DNA from: Leucoraja ocellata
Lineage: Eukaryota
Direction: 5' to 3'
Assembly: GCA_036785375.1 (NCBI GenBank)
Contig: JAWMAR010000102.1
Location: 4,278,001 to 4,342,000, forward strand
DNA length: 64,000 nucleotides
Positions 12,061-24,704 of the stretch are shown piece after piece. Under the pieces are notes generated by a model that saw only the letters and a list, made by a program, of their open reading frames with translations, did no database searches and was not told where the DNA came from. Within the stretch, counting starts at the first letter, position 1, and every line of letters begins with the position of its first letter. The translations under genes were made by a program, and so were the position numbers.

Positions 12061-14049
12061 GTTTTTCAAGATTAATATTTTAGACCTTGGCTTGAAGATC
12101 CAGAATTTATTTTTATTGTAAATCCAAACGGTACCAGTAAATTGTTTTCTTTGTTTTCAAATGATCTGGTAATTCATGAGTGCAAATGTTAAATACAACT
12201 GCAGATGATTGAGATCTGAAATGAAAACAGACAATGCCGGAAACACTAGGACCAGGCAGCGTTTCTGGAAAGAGAGTTTATTTCAGATTGACGACAGTTT
12301 ATTTCAGATGCTGCCTGCCCTGTCCCATAATCATAAATAAATTATGCCGGGGGTCTTTAAAAATGCATCATGTGCCTCCTCGTTACAAGACTACTCAAGA
12401 AACATGTTGAGCCTTGGAGACAAGAGATGATAAAAATACTGAATTACACTCATATAAATATGTGATTATTTTCTAAACTTGCAAAGCCAAAACATATATT
12501 GAACATTAACCATATTAACAAACTTTATTGGAAGATGATTACGTTTTTGTAATGTCTAGGTCAAGTGGTTTCATTAACTGACAGAAATCAACAAGTAATC
12601 AACGAGAAATCAACTGTATTTTTGAATTATTTTTTTAATCGATAGTCTAATCAACATTTTCTGTTCTTTATTTAAGTAAATTGTTTGATTGTCTGAAGTA
12701 AACTGGTTTCCTTCCTTTAGTCTAATGCAGCTGTTCTGGACTAACTTGCACTGATCAAAATGTACCGTACTGGATGTTCAACAAAAATGTCAATATATTC
12801 GACGGGGTATGGTTTCTAACTCTCTGCCAAATTGCTGTAGGCATATCAGTGCATCAAATGAGATTGCATTTAATACCATACAGATTTGGAAAGATTGCTA
12901 TTTTAGAAGTGGCGTGTTGTGGGGAAATGAGGTACTTCGACTGAATCCATAATCATGATATAACTATATATGGTAGTAAATCTTTGCCTATCCTCAGCCT
13001 ATATAACAAATGTGTCCCCGAACATTTAATAGATATTGATGCTTTTTGAATTATAAGCATGTTTATCCTGTACAGAGATTTTACTGCTGTATATCAAATA
13101 GCCAGAAACAAGTAAAAATAGTGATCTGTCTCAATGGCGGTGTGTTTTGTGAGTGACTGTTGATTGTGCAGTTGGATTGCCCATCTGTTCTTTTTTTGCT
13201 GCCTGATCTACCAGGAAAACTGTTAGTTTAAATCATTACTGTCCACAATCATGCACATTTTAGACACCTAAAACTGCTAATTAACACTGGTTGAATGCCT
13301 CTTTGTTAGGCGGCAGATCTGATAGGAGTTAGCATGTCAGCGGTGGGGCATTGACCAAGGAAGAAAATGACTAAAGATTACAGGTGAAAATGTATGTCAG
13401 TAGACCGGAGCTACAGTAGGGCTGTAAAGTTACATAAGTAGGTCCCGGTGTTTGTCCGTCAATGATTATGACTTAATTTAGAACCTTTCATGTTGCTTGA
13501 AAATTGTTCCCAAAGTGTTAGTTTTTAAATGTAATATGAGCACTAAACATGGCTGTGGAAATCTGTCCTATTTCACATTTAGAAATAATGAATCCAATGA
13601 AAGAGAGATTTTGCTCTGGAACATCCCCACCCCACCCTTACTGACATTACATGGGTGGTTATTTTTCATTTGACATTGTGGAAAAACTTGAGGCCAGTCT
13701 TCACATGCCTACTGATGACACCCAACCTGAAGCTTGTTGCTTTGTTGGTGCACATTAAATTGTTGATGAGTCTTTTTTTTGTTGCAATTTACATTGGCAA
13801 CATCAAAGCCATCTGTTGCCTTCTGCTGGCAACTTGGTATCATAGCCAACAGCTTCATCCCCATTCATCTCTTTCCAATCTGGAAGTGCACAAACTCCAT
13901 ATCCCCTTTTAAATCTGAAAGCTATTTAATTTTACATCCAACCCCAGCGTGAACTTTTCAACATCTACCTCAAAAACACCTTTTACCTCATATTTTACTT
14001 CCACTGAAAGCAAAACCCTAATTTGTGATAATTATTTATATTTGCTGCA

Positions 14050-14545
14050 TAGCGAGCGGCAGCTTCGCCAGCAGCGTGTTCATCCTTTCAACTTTTCATT
14101 TTTTGGTATGTCTAAATATGTTTTAGTGGGGGGGGGGGGTTGGTTGGGGAGATAAGGGGAAACCGTTTCAAACACTTACCTCAACGGAGATGCGACTTTT
14201 CTCTTTGTCGAATCTTCGCACCCCTCGAGGCCTAACAACTGGATTCCTTGTCAGAGATCTCTAGAAGAAGTGCTCCGACCACCGGCCTGCCGACTATAAC
14301 ATCGTGAAGCCGCGGTCTGCAGAGCTTCTAGCGGTGAGCGCGTCGTGGACTTTCCATCGCGGAGCCTGGGATCCCTTGCCGAGGATCGCCAGAAGAAGTG
14401 CTCCGAACCGCCGGCCTGCGGCCTATAACATTGTGAAGCTGTGGTCTCCGGTAAGAAAGTGGCCGATTCGGGAACTCCCGACGCCAGAGTTTCGATCATC
14501 CCGACGAGAGGGCTTGTACATCGGGCCGTCCACAGCAATACAGTG
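14050..14545 (+). repeat. Unclassified CpG-rich interspersed repeat, copy 1
   Basis: Shares G-run + ggaaaccgtttcaaacacttacctcaacggagatgcgactttt with the reverse complement of about 40150-40250. Has an internal tandem unit agaagaagtgctccga...ctataacat..tgaagc. Confidence 0.7.
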
Positions 14546-17042
14546 GGAGTGGCTTCACTGGCAGGTCAACACTGATTCAAGGTGTTGTCTTAAAAACTAT
14601 CACCTTGAGGACAATCTGGGCCGAGCATTGGCCAATAAATTAACAAGAAGACCGTCCAAATACAAATTGTGTGATGGAACCAAGAGAGGTGGGCAGAGCA
14701 GTTAAGTTGGATTGAAAATCCACCAAGAAGTAAAGTGTTTGGGCCAAGGAAGAATACCATCACAGAAGGAAAAGAAAGTGAAATTAAGGGAAATGTGTGA
14801 GCTGTGCATTTCCTGAGTCTATAGCTAGGAATGAGGTGTGCTGAAATGTATTTTCTGTAGGGAACCATATGATGTAATTATGTGATTGCATTGCAATTCC
14901 TTGCATGTAATTCATTGGGTTTTTTTCTAAGGTCATGCTTTAATTTGACGTTCAGACAGTTAAGAAAAAGGCCACTATTTGCAAATAATTCATGTCCCTA
15001 AAAGGTCTCTATACTTCAGCACTGTCAGTATTTGCTTTATGGTTACTATATTTCAAAGTACAGGTCCACCACCAACTTTCTGGCAACTGGGGGTCTCTTG
15101 CCCCCCCCCGGGAAGTCCCCCAGAAAATGTCGTGAGATGAGGCGGCCGATCTTGACCTCAACGGGACTTCAGCGCCGAAAGCCAGGTCGAATCTTTCTGG
15201 ATCCTGGTTCCGTGGAGCTGGCAGATCGGTTCCCAGAGATTACTTCCCGGTCGATCAGCAGGTCACTCTCAAGCCAACAAAAGCATTGATGGCAATTTCA
15301 GCCGTAGTCAAGCTGAAGTAGAATTAAACAATGATAGCAATGTTTGGATTCCTTGCTTTGAAATCCCGTTGTCACTAGTTTTAGACAATTCATTTAATGT
15401 ATTAACATGTTTTTGTCATGTAATGTTTACTTTTTCACAGCTTAATGCTGCACTTCTTTGTGCTATTGACAAATTTTGGATATATGGCTTCCTGTTTCGT
15501 CATCTAGATCATTGAGGTCTCTAACACAACGGTCACTTGTAAGAACCTGTCAATTTTACTACATGATGCAATCATAAAGAAAGCCCATCAATGCCTCAAC
15601 TTCCTTAACAGATTGAGGAGATTCAATATGTTGATGAATATTCTCTTACTAAACTAAAACTAAACTACAAACTGCACAAGGAACTTTGGGCTTTGTTTTG
15701 TTTTTGTATTATATTGGGATTTTTAATTATTTAACCTTTTTGTTTGTTCATTATGTGATTTATTGTTTAAAAACCTGTGGTGGTGCTGCTGCAGGTAGGA
15801 TTGTTCCATTTCGGAACATATCACAATAAAATACTTTTAACAATCGTACCTTGTCTTACCATTCAGCCACTTTGTTAAACTAATCGATGATTTGCATGAG
15901 AAAATAGAAGACTGAAATAGTGAGACTGGTTGGGGAAGGAATCTCCGCCACATATCTAACACACAGCTTCCCACTAAAATTGGAAAATACATCAATAGCC
16001 TTCCACCCTAACTGCTCCTCTTTCCCCCCCCCCATCTAAAAGCATTAAAATAAGATGAATTAAGGAAACAGTTATAATTCAAAACAACAGATTTTCTTAT
16101 TCATTTGATCTTCACAGCTTTTTTTTAAATTAGAGATCAATTTTGTAAATGAGTTATGTTTCAATTAAACTTGTCTCTCTGTAATCTGATATTAAGCGCA
16201 ATGTTAAATGTAATGTTCACTTGGTGCTTAGGGTAAATAAAGACGTTGACATGTGCCAGTTAAAATGTTTTTTTTAATTACAGTTGTGCATGCATGCACT
16301 TCCTGTTCAGCTTCCTGCTTTCATGTTTTTCGCATAAGCACTCATGGTAATAATTTCAATAGAAATGGAAGAATGGTTGCAAATTATTTTTAAATTCTTA
16401 ATTTCCTTTATGGTTCCACTCTTGCGTGATGGGTTGTCTAGAACTTGCAATGTTACAGGCTACATTTTAAGTCAACATAATCAAGGAACATTTACACCCC
16501 CGGTCATTCCCTCTCCCCCACCCCCTATCCCATTAGGTAAAAGAAACAAAACATTGATAACACATATCAACAGATTCAATGTTTCAGATCAAGTCTCTTT
16601 AGACTGAACCGCCTGGCCCACTGAGTTCCTCTTGCATCTTTTTTTGTACAGTGGCTTGATTGTACTTGACTGGATAGAAAATCGTTTTTCACTGTTTTAC
16701 ATGTGACAATGAAAAACCAATTCCAAGTGCATTGACAGGCAGGCAGCATGAAAATTGAGAAGAAAATCCAATTTACATCAGTTCGTAAACAGCAATATTA
16801 ATTGCTTGATGTTGAAGTAGATTAATTAGCACTAAAGAATAAGAAGATTTAATATTTGTAAAAATCCCAGTTTTTGATACATTGGCTGTTTTGGGAGCAT
16901 GGTGACAGCGGGCACCGAACAAGCCCTTGATTTTAATTAGAAAGCAGCAAGTTCTCTGGTTCATTGTTGATCCTTCATGCTAGTGACTACTTTATGATTT
17001 TCCCGGAATTGTGACCTGCCAAGACGGTTCCCTTTTAATGTC

Positions 17043-17170
17043 GGAAAGAACGGCAGATGCTGGTTTAAACTCGGTCTGAAGAAGGGTCTCGACCCGAAAT
17101 GTCACCCGTTCCTTCTCTCCAGAGCTGCTGCCTGTCCCGCTGAGTTACTCCAGCATTTTGTGTCTATCTT
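17043..17170 (+). mobile_element. Penelope-like terminus with minimal hammerhead core
   Basis: ggt-CTGAAGA-AGGGTCTCGACCC-GAAA-TGTC-acc, core at 17076-17103. Confidence 0.75.
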
Positions 17171-17884
17171 GAGCTTGAAAGTACATCTTGCCTGCTTTTT
17201 GTATGAACTGGAGACAGATGATTGGTATTGATGCTGGGCAGTGATCTGGCGTCTTTTGGCTCCCTTTAACAAACCAGTCTATGGTGTAAATTTGCTCAAC
17301 ACTTAAAGGTTTAGTAAGAGCTGCCAATGATCACGAGCGGATTCGCATCTGCTTTTGAATTAGAAAAAAAATGTTTTTGCCAAATGTGATAAAATCATAA
17401 ATGTGCTATATAATGGAGTGTTAGAAAGCAATCTAACTTTGTTGCTTATTTTTGACTGAAATAAATCCTAATTTTTTTTTTACAATGGTTGACAGAACAA
17501 CTTTTGAATCATTTCATCAATTCCACAGAGTGGGTCTGGATAATTAAAAATAAATCCCAAGTTGTGCTGTTTGTGCTATGCAATGTTGCTGGCTTTAAAA
17601 TGGTCCCTAAACACAGGTTATTGCAAAAACGTTTACAATCTTTTGCAGTACTGCACGTTAGTCTGTACATACATCATCGGGATCAAGTGAGACTGGAGTA
17701 AATGCTGCAAAAGAGATGTGCATATTTCTGCTCAACAGCTGAAATATGGGCCCACATTTTGTGGGGAAATAATACAATTAAATACAATCCCAAAAGAACA
17801 AAAAAGATTTATACAATTCTAAAATTAGGTATTGTAATTTAATTATAGATTTTGACGCCCAGCAGTGGGAGAAGGAACAGTAAG

Positions 17885-18345
17885 AAGATTTTTTTGTTGC
17901 GTGCTATCCAGTCAGCGGAAAGATTATTCATGATTTTAATCAAGCCGACACGGGTACAGGATAAAGGGAATGTTTAGTGCACAGTAAAGTCCAATTAAAG
18001 ATTCTCTGAGGGTCTTCAATGAGGTAGATGGTAGCTCGGGACCTCTCCTGATAACAGCTGGGAAGAAACTGTCCCTTAATTTGGAGGTTAGCGTTTTCAC
18101 ACTTCTGAACCTCTTGCCTGATGGGAGAGGGGAGAAGAGGGGGTGTCCAGGGTGAAACTCGATGTTGATTATGCTGATGACCTTGCCGAGGCAGAGTGAA
18201 ATGTAGATGGAGTCAAAGGAAGGGGGGTTGGTTTGCATGATGGTCTGGTCTGAGCTGCGTCCACAATTCTCTGCAATTTCTTGCGGTCTTTGATGGACCA
18301 TGCAGTGATGCGTCCCAATAAAATGCTTTCTACACAGCATGCTTT
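17885..18345 (-). mobile_element. Rex1/Babar-type LINE 3' fragment
   Basis: Minus ORF ends HPGHPLFSPLPSGKRFRSVKTLTSKLRDSFFPAVIR, characteristic of the Rex1/Babar ORF2 C-terminus. Confidence 0.85.
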
Positions 18346-18428
18346 TCCTTCTCAATATTTGTTCTGAGGCAGATTAAGTGCACTGAAAATAGTTTTAAAA
18401 AACAAAATGTGCATTTTATTTGTTCCAG

Positions 18429-18562
18429 ATCCTCGCTGGGCATCGATAAACAGGGGTGTTTTGATGTGTGATGACTGCGGCAGTGTGCACCGCAGTTTGG
18501 GGCGACATATCTCTCAGGTACGGCACCTGACGCACACACCCTGGCCTCCTACACTGTTACAG
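18429..18562 (+). CDS. GIT2: GIT2 exon 2 (ArfGAP)
   Basis: ccag|DPRWASINRGVLMCDDCGSVHRSLGRHISQVRHLTHTPWPPTLLQ|gtaaga. 134 nt. Confidence 0.97.
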
Positions 18563-19398
18563 GTAAGACATACTTTGTTTGTAGTAATAACTTTTAACAA
18601 GTTCAGATATGTCGCAAGGGTTTAAAAGTTCCCGGTTAAGGGCTAGTGTCAAAGGGTCCAAGATGGAGTATTTGATGGTGTGCTGGTACTCATTAATGTC
18701 TGCCTTGGTCAGGGAGAAATGTCCCAATATTGGCACAGTTCTTTCAAATTGCACTTGTGATTATTTAGCTTGTAAAGCATGGAGAGCGTTGAGAGTTACA
18801 ATTTGATTCTGCAGCATTGGGTTCATGGACCTGCTTTCTTTAACCCCAATTGTTTTGCATGTTCATGTCATTGGAAATATAAATGTATTCCTTAATCCCC
18901 AATAAAATGTGATGTGGTTTTATCCTTCTGAAAACAATTCCTTCTTATAGTACCTAATGGATGTATTGTACGTTATTACTCCATTTTAGAAGGTTCTTTG
19001 TTGTTCAAATTAAATAGACAAAAAAACCCGTTGAGAGATTTCTGGGTGTGCAGCCCTTTCTTGCACTGTTTTGAACAACTTGCCACTTAAGTAAAGATAA
19101 AATGTGATCACACTTATTAACTTCACTACAGTTTGTAGGAAGGATAGCTACGGAAAAGGTGGAAGGTCGATCAGCATTTTGTGTGAGATTATTGTCACAT
19201 TCGTATTGGTTGAAACACGCCTACTTCAGGAGATAACCATTTAATTAGTAGCATTGCAAAGGCTATGGACTGATCTATTGCCGAGTGGTCACATGCACCT
19301 TCGAGAACCTGGGAATCCCAATTCTTCATCCTATTAGTATTAATGTTTTCATTTTAACCATTTAGGAAAAAGCGGGTCTCTGGTAAATAAAACTCTTA

Positions 19399-19795
19399 AG
19401 GGCCTGTCCCACGAGCATGCGACTGCGTGCTGCAAGCGCGACCTAACGTGGTCGCTTGAACCGTACGGCCTAGCGGGTCCGGTCCCACTTTGATCGCCGG
19501 AGCCGTATGGAGTTGTGGGTAGCTGGTCCCGACATCGCGCGGGGCTCCGAAAAACTGACACTGTCCAAAAGTGCCGCGTGGTAACGGCCTGCCGGCCCGC
19601 AGCCGCATTGAGGCCGTACACAACGCCTTGACGGATGTGCGCAGTGTCTCAACGCCGTGTGCAACATCTTGAAGCCGTATGCCTTCGCTCGAACTTCATG
19701 TCAACTCGTACGGGATCACTCGACCTCCACGCAGCCCCTGCTTCCGGTTTGGTCGCGCTTGCCGCATGCAGGCGCATGCTTGTGGGACAGGCCCT
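19399..19795. mobile_element. MITE with long TIRs (AGGGCCTGTCCCAC...), TTA flanks, Harbinger-like
   Basis: tta|agggcctgtcccacgagcatgcgactgcgtgctgcaagcgcgacc ... ggtcgcgcttgccgcatgcaggcgcatgcttgtgggacaggccct|tta. Confidence 0.85.
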
Positions 19796-20524
19796 TTAAT
19801 GATTAACTTGAGGTGCATGACAACTAACTGAAACATCATGTAAACTTTATATGATTCCTTGGACATCACTGTTGATATCTATAGGCTAAAGAGAAAAATT
19901 AGGTACCAATATAGACAAAAAAAAAAGGGTTCATGAAAAATAAAAAGTCAATTTGAACTGTAGTAAACTTCCTTTTGCTCCCCATCGTTTAGTGTGCTTT
20001 GATTATTTGACACCCAAGAGTGATAAAAATAGAAATGTTTTCCAATGCCTGGCTTTCATTTCAGCTCTGGAATGACAATATTTTTACCTTGCGTGTGTGA
20101 GCACCTTTTGGAGAGTCCAAGATCACTGGGCCGCTGGACTACTTTAGACTTGATTTATAAACAGTCATAGGGTCTGAAACCAACAACATGCACGATTGCT
20201 GTGATTCTCGATTAAATTACTATCAACCCACATTCATACTATTATGTGAAAAGGGTTTTTTCATTTAAAAAAAATCTCTTCTGTATTTACTTGTAAATCT
20301 TCCCATTGTTGTGCAAGTTGTACTTCTTGTATCTTGACCTTTGGATGATGCTTAATTTAGTTGTGGCCCCTTCTTAACCGATGTGATCATAAAACAATCT
20401 GACTAAAGTTTTAAGTCTCCAGAAAAGATGCAAATGCCCAAGGCAGGATCTATATCAGTTATCAAAGTGACAATACCAAAATACAAGTACCGTTCTTACA
20501 GCTCAAACTTGTTTTTAATTTTAG

Positions 20525-20634
20525 ATGGTACAAATGCTTGTTGCCAATGGGGCAAATTCAATCTGGGAGCACACCCTGCTGGATCCTACATCAGTGAGTG
20601 GAAAGCGTAAGGCCAGCCCTCAGGATAAATTACA
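20525..20634 (+). CDS. GIT2: GIT2 exon 3
   Basis: ttag|MVQMLVANGANSIWEHTLLDPTSVSGKRKASPQDKL+CA|gtgagt. 110 nt. Confidence 0.96.
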
Positions 20635-21654
20635 GTGAGTATACCCGATTCTGGTTGGAGCATGTATTACATACACAATCGCACCGATGTAACAAGTAGA
20701 TTTGAGACCCAAAACACCACCCATTCCTTCTCTCCAGAGATGCTGCCTGTCCCGCTGAGTTACTTCAGCATTTTGAGTCTATCTTCGGTTTAAACCAGCA
20801 TTTGCAGTTCCTTCCTACACATGCTTTACTTCCTCTTTTACCCAGCCTACAATTTAAATATTTATTTTACTGCTTCCATGCTTTGTCCACTTTTGCTTTA
20901 ACCAACCGTACCCAATAACTCCCAGTTGACCTATATTCTTGGCTCCCACCTTTCTGGATGGCCAGCAGGGATGGATCACCCTCTTTGTCACCCACCGGCT
21001 ACTATTCCACTATGCCCGTAGCGTTTGAGGTATTTAGAGAGGCACATGAAGATACAGGCAATGGGAGGACATGAATCATATGCAGGCTGATGGGGTTAGT
21101 TTAATTTGGCTTAGTTGTTAGCACAGGTATCATGGGTCGAAAGGCCTGTTGCTTTGCAATGCTGTTCTATTTTGTGGAACAGTTTATGTGGAGACTGATT
21201 AAGGTCCCACAGCTCCAGCAACTCTCATTCAATCCTGCCCTCAAACTGTCTGCATGGTTTTCCTGTGACCCTGTTGATTCCCCCCAGGTGTTCAGTTTCT
21301 CTCCGATGCTCCAGAGATAATTGGCTACTGCAAATTGTCCTTCGTGTGTAGGTGAATGCTGGGGGGAGTTGATAGGGATGAGGGGAGATAAAAAGAACAG
21401 GTGCTATAATAGGATTAGTGAAAGATTTGTAAATAAGTGCCTGATGTTGGCATAGACTCTGTAGACTGAAGGGCCTACTTCTATGCTCGCTGTTCTTGCC
21501 ATTGCTCTAACGTTTCTATATGGGTGCCTGACATAGGAATGTGTTCCATCTTTCCCCCACAGTTACGAACCATCATTAACCATAATCTGCCTCTCAGTTA
21601 TTTTTTGACGTTCCCAATATTTTCAAATGCAGTATAGTTTTAAAAGCACAATGT

Positions 21655-21848
21655 AGAAACAAAGACCTACAGATGCTGGTTAATACACAAAGCGGCTTTA
21701 AGTGCTGGAGTATCTCTGAAGATCAGGCAGCATCTCTGGAGAACGTGGATAGGTGACATTTCGAGACGGGACCCTTCTGCTGACCCGAAACGTCACCTAT
21801 CCAGAGATGCTTCCTGACCTGCTCAGTTACTCCAGCACTTTGTGTTGT
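21655..21848. mobile_element. Fold-back Penelope-like terminal element
   Basis: aagtgctggagta...ggataggtgacatttcg / cgaaacgtcacctatcc...ttactccagcactt inverted arms. Confidence 0.75.
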
Positions 21849-21914
21849 TTAAAGTTTAAAACGCATGCTTACTTCCTTGATTGTATGGTTAACTTTTTCA
21901 TTTTCATCATTCAG

Positions 21915-22020
21915 TCCAAATAAAGCAGAATTCATCCGAGCCAAATATTCGATGCTGGCATTTGTCCATCGTTTGCCTTGCCGTGAGGATGACAGTGTTG
22001 CAGCCAAAGACCTGAGCAAA
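21915..22020 (+). CDS. GIT2: GIT2 exon 4
   Basis: tcag|PNKAEFIRAKYSMLAFVHRLPCREDDSVAAKDLSK|gtaagc. 106 nt. Confidence 0.97.
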
Positions 22021-22656
22021 GTAAGCATCATTGCAGAAGACGTTAACTAATAAAAGACTGGTGCTATTCCTTTGCAGAACTATGCAAATGTATTTTTGTT
22101 GTGATATTTTATTTAAAGTGCAGCTATTGCAACCCTTCGGTCTTGCAATGAAATCATTCATCTATTTTCAGTGCTTATGCATATGCCTCCATTTGGCAAT
22201 GTTGCTTTTAATGGTATGATAATGAATTTCTATTTTTCACTGACGTTGTCAAATGTGAAAATTATAATTAAAACTATTAAGCTAATGGACTTCAGTTCTT
22301 TCATCACAGAGTCAAAATTATCTTTTTTCGTCCGCAATTATCTGTTTCATGACTTAAGAATTTGACTTCAGTGTGGTAGTAAATTTTATATCATGTTTAA
22401 AGTAAAGGCATAACATTAAGATTAAAATGGGGTAGAACATAAATGGGGATGACGTTTGGATTTTCACAATTGTGTACAATGGAGGTTAATATACATGTAT
22501 TCAAGCTAGGGTGCGGGAACTACAGTACACATTCAATGGTGAATGAGAAATTGAACAATGTTTTACTATACTGCTTCTTTCATATTAGTTAGAGCTGTGG
22601 AAGAGGAGATGGCATTGAAATTTAGAGGAATTGGCTTTATTTGGTCATTATAATGG

Positions 22657-22843
22657 GGAGTGGTGTAGCTGGTAGAGCTGCTGCCTCACAGCACCAGAGA
22701 CCCAGATTGCTGTCTGTGTGGAGTTTGTACCTTCCCCCTGTGACCGTGTTGCTTTGCTCCCACGTCCCAAAGACATGTGGGTTTGTAATTGTAAATTGTC
22801 TGTGGGTCAAAGTGCCTGTTTCTATGCTGCATTCCTGAACTAA
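22657..22843 (+). mobile_element. Internally deleted V-SINE (HE1-like)
   Basis: ggtagagctgctgcctcacagcaccagagaccc...tcccacgtcccaaagac...cctgtttctatgctg. Confidence 0.7.
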
Positions 22844-24617
22844 ATTATTATGCTTCAAAATGTGCTTTCTTGATTTGATGTTTTTTAGTGGGTTAATAGA
22901 GTTGGGAATTTATTATATCAGCAAATGAATCAATATTTCGACCTGTCCTGACAAGCCAGTAGACAAATGTTATGCGAGAATAAAGTTCCTCTTGTGCAAT
23001 GATTTTTTTTAAAATGAAGCCCATCATTCACTGAGTGCGTAAAAGGGAAATTGTTAGTTTATTTCCTAATAGAAATGTGTAAATTAAATACTTAGTTTTG
23101 CTACCAGAGTTCATTAGAAATTAATGCTTTTATCACATGGCATAGAATCTCCCAATCCTCAACAATTGGGATTGGGGGGAAAAGGGAGAAATTTAGGAAC
23201 TGAACCCCCAAATATTGTTTTTTTGAAAAAAGATGAAAATGTAATATGGTCATTTTCTTCTTGCATTCGATTTGGATTAAAATTGAATTGAGTGGCATGC
23301 TGCACACCTTCCTCTGTTGCGTCAGTCTTTGACTTTATGGTCTTCGACAATGATAGTCAATAGCATAAAAGAGAACAACAGAGGTTATTGAGCTCCTGTG
23401 CTGTGCCTTTTTCTATGGCAATTCCCATTTTTTCTGTGTCATCATTTACTCTGCAGTCTGATGGCTAAGGTTCTTCAATTCATCTTTGAGAAGGTATTTT
23501 GGAGCTTTTTTTAAAATGAAAAAAAATGTTTATACCTTGTAATTCCCATGTAAATTTTCATGCAAATAAAGCTTCTAAGAATGTTTCTTTTCATGTCCTG
23601 ACTTAGATATTGCACAATAGATTGCAGCTGAGCTGATTTCTTAACTTGATATTTATGCGCAAGCACAGGCTTGCACACTTTCCTTTTAGTAGAGGTTATT
23701 TGTCTAATAAATTAATTCCAAAAGGATGTTCTTTCCAAGTGAGAGAAAAGTCTAATTGATGTATTGTCAACTAAAAGGATGGAAGAAAGATCTAAGTGTG
23801 TATTGCCCTTCACAATTCATCACTTTGCAAATGCTTTGGTGCCAATGAAGTACTTTTGGTGTGTAGTCAGATATAATGTAGAAGATTATTAAAATACCCT
23901 TTTAATTGGATGATGAAAAGGAAATAAAAACTGAATGCACTAAATTTGTTGTACTAGTATGGACCTAAAAGCTCCTTATGTGGTCTGTCTGCAAAATTAA
24001 AATATATTAAATCATTTTCAAAAATGCGTCTTGCTGAGGAAATGCAGCAGGAAAAGTGTTCTTAACGTCTGTCAAATGCACAGGAGAAATTTGATTTTTT
24101 TTCCTACTTTATTAATAGATTTGTTAAAATAAAACAGCAATTAATTATGGCAGTCTGACGCAGATTTTAATGTGGCAATAAGAAATCCTGATCTCTTGGT
24201 ATTGCTTCCATTGTCTGCCCAAATCTGTGTGAGAAATTCTATTAAAGTGGGATTTAAAAAGAGCACCTGTTCTTCTTAAATCAACCCATAATGAGGAATG
24301 TCCATAACTTTATTTTTGGCAACAGTGGATTAATGAGCTTCCACTATTGGGTATGAGGAGGTGAATATCAGATGGTCTTCTGTAATATGTAATGTAATTC
24401 AAAATATCTCGTGACTACATTGAAAAAGCAGCTCATCACAAAGCAGACTGGCCTCGCCCATTTGATTTCAGGGATTAAATGACTCAAATAACCAATCCAA
24501 AGATCAGCTACATATAATATACTTATCTTGAGGCTTTTTATGTGTTTATAAATGACACAGTTAATTTAGTGTTACCTGTTATATGAGTGAGTTTCTGATA
24601 TTTTCTTTTTATTTCAG

Positions 24618-24704
24618 CAATTACACTCAAGTGTGCGGACGGGGAATTTGGAGACCTGCTTACGACTCCTCTCGTTAGGAGCCCAAGCAAATTTCTTTCA
24701 CCCT
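24618..24704 (+). CDS. GIT2: GIT2 exon 5 (ankyrin)
   Basis: tcag|QLHSSVRTGNLETCLRLLSLGAQANFFHP|gtaagt. 87 nt. Confidence 0.97.

Noticed and set aside
14265-14445. Repeated ~45-nt unit with a spacer, CRISPR-like at a glance
   Set aside because: Only two copies, inside a vertebrate interspersed repeat, with no cas genes.
18465-18485. CDDCG instead of human CDECC as loss of a zinc ligand
   Set aside because: All four ligands of C-x2-C-x16-C-x2-C and the catalytic Arg (VHR) are intact; the changed Cys is not a ligand.
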